Below are positions 9,809-20,482 of a stretch of DNA of 64,000 bases, one piece after another. Source of the stretch: a virus. Within the stretch, counting starts at the first letter, position 1; every line of letters begins with the position of its first letter. The position numbers and the translations under genes are program-made. The DNA is taken from positions 1 through 64,000 of the IMG/VR virus record IMGVR_UViG_3300025789_001072; one strand, written 5' to 3'. The notes beneath the pieces are model-generated. The model had not been told where the DNA came from. It ran no database searches and saw only the letters and a program-made list of their open reading frames with translations.

Positions 9809-10324
9809 TTAACGCATAAATTCATTGAAGTCTAAATTATTTCGTAAACTATGTATGCGATGTACGCCAATTAAGTATAGCACAAAACTTGCTACACTTG
9901 AACCACGACCTACTCCCCATACTACATTATTTGTACGCATGGTGTCAACAAGATATTTTAGGTATTGTAGTAGCGGCAATAATCCACGGTCTGCATATTC
10001 CATAAGTTCACTGCCAGCACGTTGAAGTTCATTTTGGTCCGCACACTGGTCTAATACCCACTTGGCAATATCCATATCTTTGTATTCATCGGGCATAAAC
10101 CACTGTTGTTGGTTTATCTTATGATATTCTTGTATTGAACCATTTAGGGTTGCTAATTTTTGTAGTGGTTTATAATCCCAATACAAACTTTTAATGGCAG
10201 AATTATATTTTTCTGGATCAATAATAGCAACATCATCAACAGCGATTTGCGGATTCGTATATAATAAATCTGCTAACTCGCTGTCGCTGATTATACTGCG
10301 ATTATATTCGTCAGTTTTTATCAC
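9809..10324 (-). CDS. stand-alone fragment of DNA polymerase III alpha (DnaE) palm region
   Basis: WGVGRGSSVASFVLYLIGVHRI matches the DnaE G.GRGS..GS...Y.LGIT signature; only ~170 aa; probable GTG start at 10324. Confidence 0.75.
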   Translation of the reverse strand: MIKTDEYNRSIISDSELADLLYTNPQIAVDDVAIIDPEKYNSAIKSLYWDYKPLQKLATLNGSIQEYHKINQQQWFMPDEYKDMDIAKWVLDQCADQNELQRAGSELMEYADRGLLPLLQYLKYLVDTMRTNNVVWGVGRGSSVASFVLYLIGVHRIHSLRNNLDFNEFMR

Positions 10325-10967
10325 CTTTAATAACCTCTGGCTTCCACCCTTTTTTAAGTGGAACAATGTTGTTTTCTGATTTCTTCTTGGTTATTATAGC
10401 AGGTGGTTGATCCCATTGCAATATTGTTGGCCATTCATTTTCATCAGTTTCAACTATAAATTCTTTATTCTTTTTAGTTGGAACGTCCCACGTAGTAGGA
10501 GTTGGTCTAAACCACCATGCTGGTTTTTCCCAACTTTTCATTGCCAAGTCATCCATAACTTCTTCACTAGTAACAATATCTTCGTCAATGTTTAACGCAA
10601 TATCATCACTTTTATCACTGCTAACGGAAATGTATTCAAGTGTCGTTCGACCCTGAGTAATACTTAAAATTTTATACCAAGTAACCACCCCAATAATAAA
10701 ATTATTAGGTTGATATGGCAAGGTTATGATACGAGATTTAAATTTTTTATGTAGCGTTGGTAGTAGCGGATTTTCAACATGTACAAAGATTGCATCTTGA
10801 TATAAATCTTTTATTAAACTGCGCATTCTACCAAAGGAAGTATGCGGGTCTTCATCGTTAATTGATTCATCATTAAACCCAATGCTAATAGTATAATCAC
10901 ATGGTTCAAGAAAATCTTTGAAACAATTGATAGCAGTAAAATTTACATTCCAACTTACATCACTCAT
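10311..10967 (-). CDS. hypothetical protein
   Basis: 218-aa ORF coupled to neighbours. Confidence 0.65.
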   Translation of the reverse strand: MSDVSWNVNFTAINCFKDFLEPCDYTISIGFNDESINDEDPHTSFGRMRSLIKDLYQDAIFVHVENPLLPTLHKKFKSRIITLPYQPNNFIIGVVTWYKILSITQGRTTLEYISVSSDKSDDIALNIDEDIVTSEEVMDDLAMKSWEKPAWWFRPTPTTWDVPTKKNKEFIVETDENEWPTILQWDQPPAIITKKKSENNIVPLKKGWKPEVIKGDKN

Positions 10968-11197
10968 CCTATATCCAAACTATCCTTGAAAATTGGGTTT
11001 TCTTTTGCAGCATTTGCTTCTGCACGATAACGAGCATTAATTTCTTCTTGGTAAGTATCAGCAACCATCCGTAACTGATTTACCATAGCAGGGTTGCCCA
11101 TTTTACCAGCAAAACTTATCTTTTTATAAGTTTCATTGATAGTTTTAAGCAACTCGTCCAATGTTTTATCAGTTAAATTGCTCAACAATGGATGCAT
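10964..11197 (-). CDS. hypothetical protein
   Basis: 77-aa ORF with overlapping start/stop codons. Confidence 0.6.
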   Translation of the reverse strand: MHPLLSNLTDKTLDELLKTINETYKKISFAGKMGNPAMVNQLRMVADTYQEEINARYRAEANAAKENPIFKDSLDIG

Positions 11198-11613
11198 TAT
11201 AGATCACCTTTTTTACGATTTTCACTGTGCCACGCATCAAACGTGCCGCCTGGATAACGTGATTCTAATTTCTTAACATTCTCGTTAATTACATCAGTTG
11301 GATCAAGTCCAAGTGCAGTGCAGGCATTCATCCAATACCACATGATGTCGCCAAGTTCACGCTTCATATGAAATACGTTTTCTTCATTGAGCGGTTTGCC
11401 TTGGAAGAACATCTTCTTGATGATTTCATTAAATTCACCACTTTCAGCACTCAAGCCCATACCAGCAGTAAGCAACAATGCTGGATTAATCTTGGTACGA
11501 TCTTCCTGATACTGGCTTAGTTGGTCAAATCGTTCGGTAAAAGCATATTCATACTTGCTTGGTTCGCTCGTAACTGCGATCACGAACTCTTGATACAATT
11601 TAAGGTCTGTCAT
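11197..11613 (-). CDS. mazG: MazG-like nucleotide pyrophosphohydrolase
   Basis: GLSAESGEFNEIIKK and RELGDIMWY motifs. Confidence 0.88.
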   Translation of the reverse strand: MTDLKLYQEFVIAVTSEPSKYEYAFTERFDQLSQYQEDRTKINPALLLTAGMGLSAESGEFNEIIKKMFFQGKPLNEENVFHMKRELGDIMWYWMNACTALGLDPTDVINENVKKLESRYPGGTFDAWHSENRKKGDL

Positions 11614-11660
11614 AATTTACTCCTAAACTAATATAACGTTAGGTAGAGAATTAGTCAATA

Positions 11661-12566
11661 TTAAATTTGTGTTTTAAACCACTTTTCAACGCCAGGATTA
11701 CGTGGATAACCAACGTAAGTATAACCCAAGTGAGTGCCAGCAGTTAGCGTAGTCGTATTGCCGTTAATTGTATTGGCATGTAGCAAGAATAGATTTGATA
11801 CGTTTACGTTTGCAGAAATCTGAACAACCTGACCATCAACTGGATATGGAGGGAACGTTACGCTAACATTTGAAAGAGCGCCAGCAGCACCATTATCAAG
11901 AATAAGTTTTGTAACCATTGTAGTAGCAGTTGGGCTTGCAGCAGTACCATTGGCAATGTTTGCATAAGTGTAGTCAACATTGTTACGAGCACGTGATAGT
12001 GGAATAACGGTAATAGTTGCACCAGCATCATCGCTAATGAACTCATACCAATATGTACCAGCGCCACTCTGAGAATAGCCAATGCTTTTTGTATTGGCAT
12101 TATAATCTTGTAGATACGGTAGACCATATGTAACCGCTGCTGGCAGCGTGATGCGATGTGCGCTATTAGTAACTACTAGTTTCAAACGAATACGACCAAC
12201 TGTGCCAGCAACTGGGAAGTTAGTGAAAGCAATTGCGATTGACGCATTTGTTTGAACACGTTGATAATGACCTTGTGTATGGTCTAGTGTAACAGTAGTA
12301 CTAATAACACCATTATCATATTCTGTTTCACGGAAATCTTGAATAAGAGCACTGCTGATTAGTGTGCCAGCCATGTTATTAGATAGGGTTGTGCCAGTAA
12401 GTGCACTCTTTACAATTGCCTTGCTTTGAAGGTCATTGAGTTCACTCTGTGCGTAAGCAAAGTTGTTTTTAATATTTGTGAAGTTATCACGAAACCCTTG
12501 ACTATCGTTGTCAACACCTGCGACAGGGTATGCACCATTAATGTTAAGTGGATTAATATTACTCAT
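11661..12566 (-). CDS. putative virion structural protein (tail/baseplate)
   Basis: YPVAGVDNDSQGFRDNF N-terminus, beta-rich T/N/A composition, next to other structural genes, TAAATA upstream. Confidence 0.6.
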   Translation of the reverse strand: MSNINPLNINGAYPVAGVDNDSQGFRDNFTNIKNNFAYAQSELNDLQSKAIVKSALTGTTLSNNMAGTLISSALIQDFRETEYDNGVISTTVTLDHTQGHYQRVQTNASIAIAFTNFPVAGTVGRIRLKLVVTNSAHRITLPAAVTYGLPYLQDYNANTKSIGYSQSGAGTYWYEFISDDAGATITVIPLSRARNNVDYTYANIANGTAASPTATTMVTKLILDNGAAGALSNVSVTFPPYPVDGQVVQISANVNVSNLFLLHANTINGNTTTLTAGTHLGYTYVGYPRNPGVEKWFKTQI

Positions 12567-12604
12567 TTGCTAATTTCCATGTTATTATTATTTAGTACTG
12601 GTAT

Positions 12605-15600
12605 TTATTGTAAAATTGTAGTGCGAGGGAATTTTAAGTAACTGTCACTTGTATATGGAGTGACATACTGATCTTCGTTATTAATAAACACAGTTGTTTT
12701 ATTGTCAAAGGTAGTAGGAACCTTTAACTGAGTAGTATTTGTATTTACATATTCATATTCTGGAACAGTTTGCGCACCTACACCAATATGTGCGGCAGTA
12801 TACTGATAAGTCTTGCTGCTCTTTGCACCAAATCTTATAGCAACTACTTGGTTAATTTTAATCTCTTGCACAAATGTCAGTGTAATTTGATTATTAGCAA
12901 CTGTTGATAGCCATACACCGCTACGTTGGTTGACTGCACTGCTGCCACTTTGAACCTCAGCATAGCCAGGCACAACAGTATTGTTTAAGTTCCAACCATT
13001 ATTGGTAAGTGTAGGATAGTCACCAACATAATTTTCTTGTGTAGTAAAGATAATATACTTGTTATTATAATCACCTACTGAGCCATCATAGCCCCCAAGT
13101 GCTGCCATTTGTGCAAGAGTGGCACCATTAACATGATCAAATGGTATATCAAGACCAAAATCTACAGTTGTAGTAATTGGTAAACTTTGAATATATCCAC
13201 TATCAAAACTAGTATAATGCTTGGCAACATAACTGCGTGTTGTAATATTATAATTTGTATCAAGATTATTATCAAGGATATAACGGTCACTTACAAACGG
13301 CACATTTTTAATATCACTAGGAACACCATTTACAAGTTTGTATAGAACCTTGGCACCTGTGCCTGGTTTTAAATATGCAAGTACTGCTGCAGTTTGGAAG
13401 CCGAGAGTCTTGCCATTTGTTTGTATAGAGGTTTCCCACTGCGGCAGCGTATTAGTATTAGTAGTTCCAAGTGCAACAATAATATCATTAATCATTAAGT
13501 CAATATCATTTGGATACAGCGTAACGCCGTTTTTGCTTACAAAACTACTTGCAGGTATGCTTTTTAAAACTTGTCCATCAACTGTTTTATATGTTTTAGT
13601 ATCTTCAATAAGATCAACATACACTACATCATAGATTGCATTGCCATTCGTATCGGTCGCAGTGGCATAGTGATAATCACCAAAATAAAATTTCTTATTA
13701 AAATGGCGACGTTGCATTGCTGAAATATAACTGCTGCTTTCGCTTGCAGTTAAACCATAACCAACGAGTATCTTAATATCACTTTGAACACCCCACCATG
13801 GATCATTAGGACGATAGATATCATCTAACGCAAAGTAATTTGTATTTCCTAAAATATTGTTTAACAGTGAACGCTTTACAATATTTGGGCTGCAATTTAA
13901 GTATAGATTGTCATATGGCGCATATGTTACCACATTGGTTGCTAGTGTGAAAGTTCTAGTACCGCTTACTGTACCACTATAATCTTGCGCAATTACAGTA
14001 AAAGTATGTGACTTGTCAACTGTAGTAGGTGATGTATAAATTCCTAATCCTACGTTGGTAACATCAAATGTTGTTAAACCTTTGTCAAGCGCAAAACTTT
14101 GGAAACTTACACGACCACTTATATCACCATTGTTAAGTAAGGTTAAACCTTGTGGTAATTTACTGCCACTTACAAGATAATAATATAGTTGTCTACCACT
14201 TGGCGCAGTGGCATTAACATTCAACTTGCTTACACTGCCAGTATCAATCAATCCTAAGTTTGTTGGTGTATTCCATGCAACACTTAAATCAAGCGCACTT
14301 AGCACACGTATATTAAAGACAGTGGTTGGACTGCTTATTGTATTATCAAACGCATTTACCACTTGTATACCAAAACTATAATCAGTAAATGGAACAGCAG
14401 TTTCTGGTATAAGTCCTGTTAGCCAACCTGTTTGTGTGTCTAACGATAAACCTGGTGGCAGAGCAAATAAACTTTGATCCCATGGCGCAGCATCCCACCC
14501 CAATTGTGGGTCTTGGGTAGGCGGTGATACTGAACTAGAATCCCAACCTGTGCCTGCAGTGCCAGTCACACTGAAGTTTACTGGTACATTATCATAATCA
14601 ACCGCAGTAAATTTAAATGCAAAATAATTGCCACTTGTATAAACAGCATGATCACCAAGTGTTGTTGTAGTTAATATTGGTGGTCTGTTAATACTACTGT
14701 CAGCAGTAATAACATTATCATCATCTTTTAATGCGGCATTATCTGCACGAATGTCATCATGTGCATAAACTACTATCTTGTAATTTTTTACGTCACTGCT
14801 TTTACTATCGCTTGCACGAACAGTGAAGGTGTAAACATAATTACTGCTGATAGTACTAAATTCCCATGGATTATTTCCCCAAGGACTATTATTCCAACCA
14901 GTAATTTGACCTTGATTGCTGCTAGTGTTAGGTATTAAGATACCACTTATGACACCATCACTACTTAAAGCAAGACCTGGCGGAAGTGAACCATCTAATA
15001 TGCTAAAAATAATGGTGTCATTATTAAGATCAACTGCACTTAACGGTATTGATACTGATGTACCATCTAAGAACTCACCGAGTGCAGTATAATTGCTGGT
15101 TAATATTTGTGGAGCATAATTGCCTGTAACAGTTAATATAAAGTTTCTATCAGTGACCTTGCCACTGCTACTAATAGCACGAACAGTAAATGTGCTTGTG
15201 CGATCTTGTGTAACTGCTTCTGGCACACCATCAATGCTATAGGTATCTTTTGGATTACCTGTTACTTGACCGCTGCTATCAAGTTGCATACCTGCTGGCA
15301 AGCGTCCACTTATCAACTTATAATTAACATCTCTGCCATCGGGATTACCAGTTGGATCAACTGCTTGTAAACCTAATTCAAAGAACTGCAAGGCTTGAAT
15401 CTTGCCTAAGTCACCGCCTGGCGTAACCCATTGTGGATAAGCAGTTGCGGTGCCTGGTGCGGCTTCTTGTGTTGCAATATCAACGTCACCATAATAAGTT
15501 GTACCAATGACATATGGAAATGCAACATTGCCACTGTTATCAATCGTAGTAAAGTATGCATATGTGCCATTAGGAAAATCAGGAGTAACACAATATCGCC

Positions 15601-16414
15601 CATTATGTGTATCTAAATCACCAGCGTTTGTAAACTGGTAATCTTCCATGAATATACCTAGCGGATAGATTGTTAGATTACTGGCAGTAGTTCCTACACG
15701 ATAACTGCTTGGTTTTAGTGTATAACCACTCGCCATGCGACGAGTTCCACTTGTAGCACTTAGGGAATTACTATATCCATATGGACCATATATTGGATAG
15801 CCGTCGATACTAAAACCAAGTATTTTACTGTGTCCATCATCAAAAGTAAGACCACCATTTAAGTATGGTATTACATCCGTTTCTGCTAGCCCATGAACAG
15901 TGCTACTAAATGGCTTACCGCCTAGACCAGTAGTCCACGCATCGGCAAAACCATAACTTTTATAATTATATTCGCCAACACTATTTGCTACGCCATTGGC
16001 CAAATCTTCATTATATGTGTAATTAAATTGTGCTTCTGGAGTTGGTGCAGCAACAAAATGGAATCCTGCTGGTCTAGAAAACCCAAGTGGTGCAGAATTA
16101 AGCGCACTTGAATTAAGAATTGCTACGCCATTTAACCAATAACCTATATTTTCAGTACCGACAGTAGTAGGACTTGCACTTGCCGTATTGGTTCCGCCAC
16201 GATAAACCCAACTCAGATTATAATATTGAGCAAGAGAAACGGTTGTAGAAAGATTATTTCCATATCCATGATATGGCAATCCGACTGCAGTTAAGCCAAT
16301 AAGTGTTACATAACTGCCATGACGATAAACATTAGGCGTAAATGTCCATGCATTGCTGACATTGATCAGACGACCAAGTTGCACATTTGTTGCGAACCCA
16401 TTATAATTTGACAT
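12605..16414 (-). CDS. large virion protein: N-terminal YHYH-like domain plus Ig-like repeats (baseplate wedge-like)
   Basis: GHSKILGFSIDGYPIYGPYG...DLDTHNGRYCVTPDFPNGTYAYF; repeated G.LPPGL.L...G.ISG Ig-like units. Confidence 0.7.
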   Translation of the reverse strand: MSNYNGFATNVQLGRLINVSNAWTFTPNVYRHGSYVTLIGLTAVGLPYHGYGNNLSTTVSLAQYYNLSWVYRGGTNTASASPTTVGTENIGYWLNGVAILNSSALNSAPLGFSRPAGFHFVAAPTPEAQFNYTYNEDLANGVANSVGEYNYKSYGFADAWTTGLGGKPFSSTVHGLAETDVIPYLNGGLTFDDGHSKILGFSIDGYPIYGPYGYSNSLSATSGTRRMASGYTLKPSSYRVGTTASNLTIYPLGIFMEDYQFTNAGDLDTHNGRYCVTPDFPNGTYAYFTTIDNSGNVAFPYVIGTTYYGDVDIATQEAAPGTATAYPQWVTPGGDLGKIQALQFFELGLQAVDPTGNPDGRDVNYKLISGRLPAGMQLDSSGQVTGNPKDTYSIDGVPEAVTQDRTSTFTVRAISSSGKVTDRNFILTVTGNYAPQILTSNYTALGEFLDGTSVSIPLSAVDLNNDTIIFSILDGSLPPGLALSSDGVISGILIPNTSSNQGQITGWNNSPWGNNPWEFSTISSNYVYTFTVRASDSKSSDVKNYKIVVYAHDDIRADNAALKDDDNVITADSSINRPPILTTTTLGDHAVYTSGNYFAFKFTAVDYDNVPVNFSVTGTAGTGWDSSSVSPPTQDPQLGWDAAPWDQSLFALPPGLSLDTQTGWLTGLIPETAVPFTDYSFGIQVVNAFDNTISSPTTVFNIRVLSALDLSVAWNTPTNLGLIDTGSVSKLNVNATAPSGRQLYYYLVSGSKLPQGLTLLNNGDISGRVSFQSFALDKGLTTFDVTNVGLGIYTSPTTVDKSHTFTVIAQDYSGTVSGTRTFTLATNVVTYAPYDNLYLNCSPNIVKRSLLNNILGNTNYFALDDIYRPNDPWWGVQSDIKILVGYGLTASESSSYISAMQRRHFNKKFYFGDYHYATATDTNGNAIYDVVYVDLIEDTKTYKTVDGQVLKSIPASSFVSKNGVTLYPNDIDLMINDIIVALGTTNTNTLPQWETSIQTNGKTLGFQTAAVLAYLKPGTGAKVLYKLVNGVPSDIKNVPFVSDRYILDNNLDTNYNITTRSYVAKHYTSFDSGYIQSLPITTTVDFGLDIPFDHVNGATLAQMAALGGYDGSVGDYNNKYIIFTTQENYVGDYPTLTNNGWNLNNTVVPGYAEVQSGSSAVNQRSGVWLSTVANNQITLTFVQEIKINQVVAIRFGAKSSKTYQYTAAHIGVGAQTVPEYEYVNTNTTQLKVPTTFDNKTTVFINNEDQYVTPYTSDSYLKFPRTTILQ

Positions 16415-16448
16415 ACTGCGGACAACCTCTACACTAATATTTAGTGGA

Positions 16449-18689
16449 TTATCCTACTCGTATCCAACGTGGTCCACCAGGCAATTGTTGTGGAATAGGA
16501 TTTCCATTGTAAGGAGCATATTTTACATAATGCCAACTATATGGAGTTGTCGGACTAATGCTTGTAACATTTCCACTTACACTGCTATCATTTGCAATAA
16601 TATACAGCGTAGACACTGTAATATTACTGCTAATAGTAATCTTTGTACCGTCACTTATGTTTGCATTTGCGGGCAGATAAACATTTGCAATAGAAACTGT
16701 AGCACCAGCAGTATTGTCAAGTATTAAAGTAGATACATTGCCATAAAGTGTAACGCTATTTGTATTATTGTTTGCTAGATTAGCAAATGTATAGCCATTG
16801 ATGGCAATATATCCCAACACATAACTGGCGCTGCTTACACCATTTGCTGCAATGTTTGCATTTTTATAGTATGTTGGCAGATAATTTGCTACACTAGCAT
16901 TACTATAAAGACCAGTAAGATATTGTGAACTACCAACGAAGTATGTAGCATTAACATTGCCAGTTGTGTTAACATTGCCAGCATTAATATTGCCACTATA
17001 AGTTGGAAGATAAGCAGCAGCCTGAATATTACTGTATAAACCAGTTAGCAGACTTCCATTACCAATAAAGTAAGTTCCGCCTACGTTACCAGTCGCTACA
17101 AGATTGCCTGCAGCAACATTGGCAGTATTTGTAGGTAGATAAGTTGGAAGATATGCCGCAACCTGAGTATTGCTATACATGCCGCTTAAGGTGCTTCCAT
17201 TGCCATAGAAGAATATGCTGGTGACATTACCAACACTGGTAATATTAGCAACAGTAACATTACTGTTGAACTTAGCGGTGCCAGTAACCTGTAGTTTATT
17301 TGTAGCATCATCGCTGCCACCAATCACCCAACGACTGCTGGTGATACGACCTGCTTCATTAGAGGATAATGTACCATCGGTATGGAATACAATTGCTTTG
17401 TTAAGGGATGCAGTTCCGATAGCAATGTTACCATTTGCAACATATAGGTAAGCATCATTTGGGTACGTGATAGTAAAATTACTATTGCTATAATTGTTAG
17501 CATTGATACCAAGATCAACATAGTATGCACTATCATTGCCATTGTTTGCAGTTGCCACAATATCAGCACTTGTGCTACTACCATTACCAATGTTTTGAAT
17601 GTTGATTTGTGTATAGTTTGTGCTGTTATCTACAAAACTTGCAGTCAAATAAGTTGTAGGAACAGTTCCTAGCGGTCCAACAATAAGATCAGTAGTTGCT
17701 AATAGGTTTACTGCAGTAACATTACCACTGAATGTTCCATAATTAGCAGCAGTATTGCCACTTGTTACAATGTTACCGCTGCTGTAAATGTTACCAGCAA
17801 TACCAATACCACCTTGGACAATGACGGCACCTGTTTGTGTGCTACTTGCTTGCGTAGTGTCATTAACCCAAATTTGCGTTGCAGCGGCAATAGCAAGGTC
17901 ACCAGTTCCATCAGCATTAATGTTGATATTGGCATTTGTACCCGCTGGCGAGATAATATTACCTGTTGCGCTTAACACAAGATTTGCACCTGCACGAAGC
18001 GCAAGGTTACCACTTACGTTAACATTACTTGCTAACACATTTCCATTATAAGTTGTAAGATATGCCGCAGCATTTGTATTGCCATAACTTGATGGACCAA
18101 CTGCTAAGCCACTCAAGTAATAGCCATTACCTGTTACGAATCCACTTGTGCTTAAGTTACCAGTGGCATAGATATTAGCATTTGTATTAATTGTAGCAAC
18201 GTTCATAATACCAACGTTGATATAGTTTAGGTTACCAATAGCAGTTACGTTTGGTAATTGTGTGCCACTGAAATTCTGTGCATTTGTTGCAGTGCCAGCG
18301 GTTGTGGCATAGGTTGCTGTTGTAGATAGCAGAGACTGTGTTGCATAGCCACTTAAGTTACCAACAAATCCATATTGACTTGCGGTCACTGTACCAGTAA
18401 ATACTGCCGTGTTTGCTTGGAAATTTGTAATATTGGCAGTAGTGCCATAAAGAATGTTAGTGGCACCGATTACTACACTGCCCACGCCCTGTGGTTGAAG
18501 GATTAGGTTACCGTTAGTGGTACCTTGTACACCTGTTGTGATAGTATTGCCACTAAACGCAAGATCGGTACTAACAACACTTTGAAAAAGTCTTGAGAAA
18601 TTATTATTAATTTTTGTAAACGATGTTCTTAGTGGGTCACCTGTGCCATCATTCGGACCAGCACCAATATTAATAACCTCTTGTACCAT
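16449..18689 (-). CDS. tail fibre/baseplate-like protein
   Basis: INIGAGPNDGTGDPLRTSFTKINNNF resembles the T4 gp9/gp10 N-terminal motif; N/T/G-rich internal repeats; start at MVQEV after SD AGGAG. Confidence 0.7.
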   Translation of the reverse strand: MVQEVINIGAGPNDGTGDPLRTSFTKINNNFSRLFQSVVSTDLAFSGNTITTGVQGTTNGNLILQPQGVGSVVIGATNILYGTTANITNFQANTAVFTGTVTASQYGFVGNLSGYATQSLLSTTATYATTAGTATNAQNFSGTQLPNVTAIGNLNYINVGIMNVATINTNANIYATGNLSTSGFVTGNGYYLSGLAVGPSSYGNTNAAAYLTTYNGNVLASNVNVSGNLALRAGANLVLSATGNIISPAGTNANININADGTGDLAIAAATQIWVNDTTQASSTQTGAVIVQGGIGIAGNIYSSGNIVTSGNTAANYGTFSGNVTAVNLLATTDLIVGPLGTVPTTYLTASFVDNSTNYTQINIQNIGNGSSTSADIVATANNGNDSAYYVDLGINANNYSNSNFTITYPNDAYLYVANGNIAIGTASLNKAIVFHTDGTLSSNEAGRITSSRWVIGGSDDATNKLQVTGTAKFNSNVTVANITSVGNVTSIFFYGNGSTLSGMYSNTQVAAYLPTYLPTNTANVAAGNLVATGNVGGTYFIGNGSLLTGLYSNIQAAAYLPTYSGNINAGNVNTTGNVNATYFVGSSQYLTGLYSNASVANYLPTYYKNANIAANGVSSASYVLGYIAINGYTFANLANNNTNSVTLYGNVSTLILDNTAGATVSIANVYLPANANISDGTKITISSNITVSTLYIIANDSSVSGNVTSISPTTPYSWHYVKYAPYNGNPIPQQLPGGPRWIRVG

Positions 18690-18696
18690 AAAAAAA

Positions 18697-18722
18697 CTCC
18701 TGCACAATATTTAGCGCAGGAG
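18697..18722 (-). promoter_or_regulatory. hairpin sequestering the SD of the tail gene, TAAATA in the loop; also terminator-like
   Basis: CTCCTGC-12 nt-GCAGGAG followed by a U-rich run and ATG. Confidence 0.6.
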
Positions 18723-18727
18723 ATTTC

Positions 18728-19075
18728 TTATACACTAATACTTGTTCCGCATCCGCATGAACTCTTAGCCATTGGATTAGTTACAACCAGTTGACTGCTT
18801 ACAAAATCGCTTTTATAATCAATTTCACTGCCTAGCAGATACATTAATCCGCTACCGTCTACGATAAGTGACTTACCTTCACCTAGAGAGATCATTTCAT
18901 CAATTTGTGGTGAACCATTTTGAGCATAAAGTTCATCATCGGCAGGTTCCCAGAAATATTCAAATCCTGCACAGCCACCACCTTTGAGACCAAATACAAG
19001 ATATGGCTTGTCAATATTAATAAGTGTACGACGAATATGAGTTCTTGCTGCTTCTGTGATAGTTACTGCTTGCAT
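18728..19075 (-). CDS. A-type Fe-S cluster carrier (IscA/SufA/HesB family)
   Basis: GGGCAGFEY and NP...SSCGCGTS. Confidence 0.92.
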   Translation of the reverse strand: MQAVTITEAARTHIRRTLINIDKPYLVFGLKGGGCAGFEYFWEPADDELYAQNGSPQIDEMISLGEGKSLIVDGSGLMYLLGSEIDYKSDFVSSQLVVTNPMAKSSCGCGTSISV

Positions 19076-19084
19076 AATGATATC

Positions 19085-19300
19085 TCACTTAAAACGATAG
19101 GTAATTCTTCCACGAGTCAAATCATATGGAGTTAGTTCCACAGATACACGATCATCTTGGATAATCTTAATTTTATTCTTACGCATATTGCCACTTGCAT
19201 ATGCAAGGATAATATGGTTGTCAATATCTACTCGGAATACGCCGTTAGGTAGAACTTCTACCACTTTGCCTTCCATTGTTATTAGTTCTTCTTTAGCCAA
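19085..19300 (-). CDS. infA: translation initiation factor IF-1
   Basis: MAKEELI...VLPNG.FRV...[15 protein letters not shown]; TTG start. Confidence 0.95.
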   Translation of the reverse strand: MAKEELITMEGKVVEVLPNGVFRVDIDNHIILAYASGNMRKNKIKIIQDDRVSVELTPYDLTRGRITYRFK

Positions 19301-19301
19301 G

Positions 19302-19988
19302 TTAATCCTTTATCTCAGTTCCATATGGCGCTAATATACCACTTACACCCATTTTACCCCACGGTAGATTATTTATAAGGTGGGATGGCATATGTTTATA
19401 TAGCGCATGTTCGGTATCACAATATTTGCCAATAGTTACATGATCTAAAATCTCTTGATGCATCTTTTTGTATATGTCATGCATCATGTTTTGAAGTTCT
19501 GTTCCATATACCATACAACGCACACTATACCAAAACTTTATATCACTAAAATTCTCTGGATTACCTGTTTTCACAGGACCACTTAGCGTAATCTTATTTG
19601 CAACATAGTTTAATGAAAATGTATCATCTAAGATATATCTTCCACTCAACTTAACTACTACACCATCTTCAAGTTTTTCATTTTGTAAGAATACACCTAG
19701 CGCATAACTCTCACATAAGTTCTTGCATATACTGTCTACGTTCCAATTATTATATATTTGCTGCAAATATTCATCATTAATCGTAACAACTTTATGTGAG
19801 TATTGTTTTATAGCAGATATTTGTGCGTCGTTTAATGAATCTTTGCTGATATCAAGTGTAATAATATGTGCGTCAGGAAATTTTTCTAAGATATTACGAT
19901 ATGTAACAAGTTGCTGTTGCAATCTTTCGTCTGATGAAAATACACCAAAACTACTATTGACAGCACTTGTTACAATAAAGTTTATCAC
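19302..19988 (-). CDS. hypothetical protein, possible glycosyltransferase-like; paralogue of 61086..61820
   Basis: Shares ITSA.N, ERL.Q, KLSGRY and D.EH motifs with 61086..61820. Confidence 0.55.
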   Translation of the reverse strand: MINFIVTSAVNSSFGVFSSDERLQQQLVTYRNILEKFPDAHIITLDISKDSLNDAQISAIKQYSHKVVTINDEYLQQIYNNWNVDSICKNLCESYALGVFLQNEKLEDGVVVKLSGRYILDDTFSLNYVANKITLSGPVKTGNPENFSDIKFWYSVRCMVYGTELQNMMHDIYKKMHQEILDHVTIGKYCDTEHALYKHMPSHLINNLPWGKMGVSGILAPYGTEIKD

Positions 19989-20482
19989 TTATATTTCACC
20001 GACATAGAATCACCAGTGTCTGGGTCAAACATTGTAAATGCATCCAAATCAGTAGGAGATGCTGCCACAACCGTTTTATCGGGTGATGTATATGTGGTGA
20101 CAGGATTTCTATGTAATATATCTGTTAATTCTGCAATCTGATCATCACTCAATGTAACAGTGGGCGAATATGGCATTGGGGAGTTACCCCAATTGCCGTT
20201 ATAGTTTCTACCTTGATCATAGGTGCCTGGTGACCAATATGAGCCACGGTCTTTATTAACTGCATCTATTTTAAGTTGGTCTAATTCACGACGCATATTT
20301 TGCAATTCACGCCACATTTGTTCAAGTGGTCCAACAGGATCAATTCTATCTGAAAGCGATTCTGCTACCTTGCTTAACACAACGGCTTGCTTAAAAGCAT
20401 CAAGCACGGTTGGATCACGTGATATCAAAACTTTGTCTAGTTCTCGTAGTTGTTCTACTAAATTAGTTTTGGCCATTGTCAA
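19985..20482 (-). CDS. hypothetical protein
   Basis: 165-aa ORF in operon. Confidence 0.6.
   Translation of the reverse strand: MTMAKTNLVEQLRELDKVLISRDPTVLDAFKQAVVLSKVAESLSDRIDPVGPLEQMWRELQNMRRELDQLKIDAVNKDRGSYWSPGTYDQGRNYNGNWGNSPMPYSPTVTLSDDQIAELTDILHRNPVTTYTSPDKTVVAASPTDLDAFTMFDPDTGDSMSVKYK

Noticed and set aside
16760-17260. Repeats in the tail fibre gene as DGR template/variable regions
   Set aside because: They are in-frame protein repeats (GNGS.L.G.YSN...A.YLPTY) without an adenine-specific mismatch pattern; no reverse transcriptase in the window.
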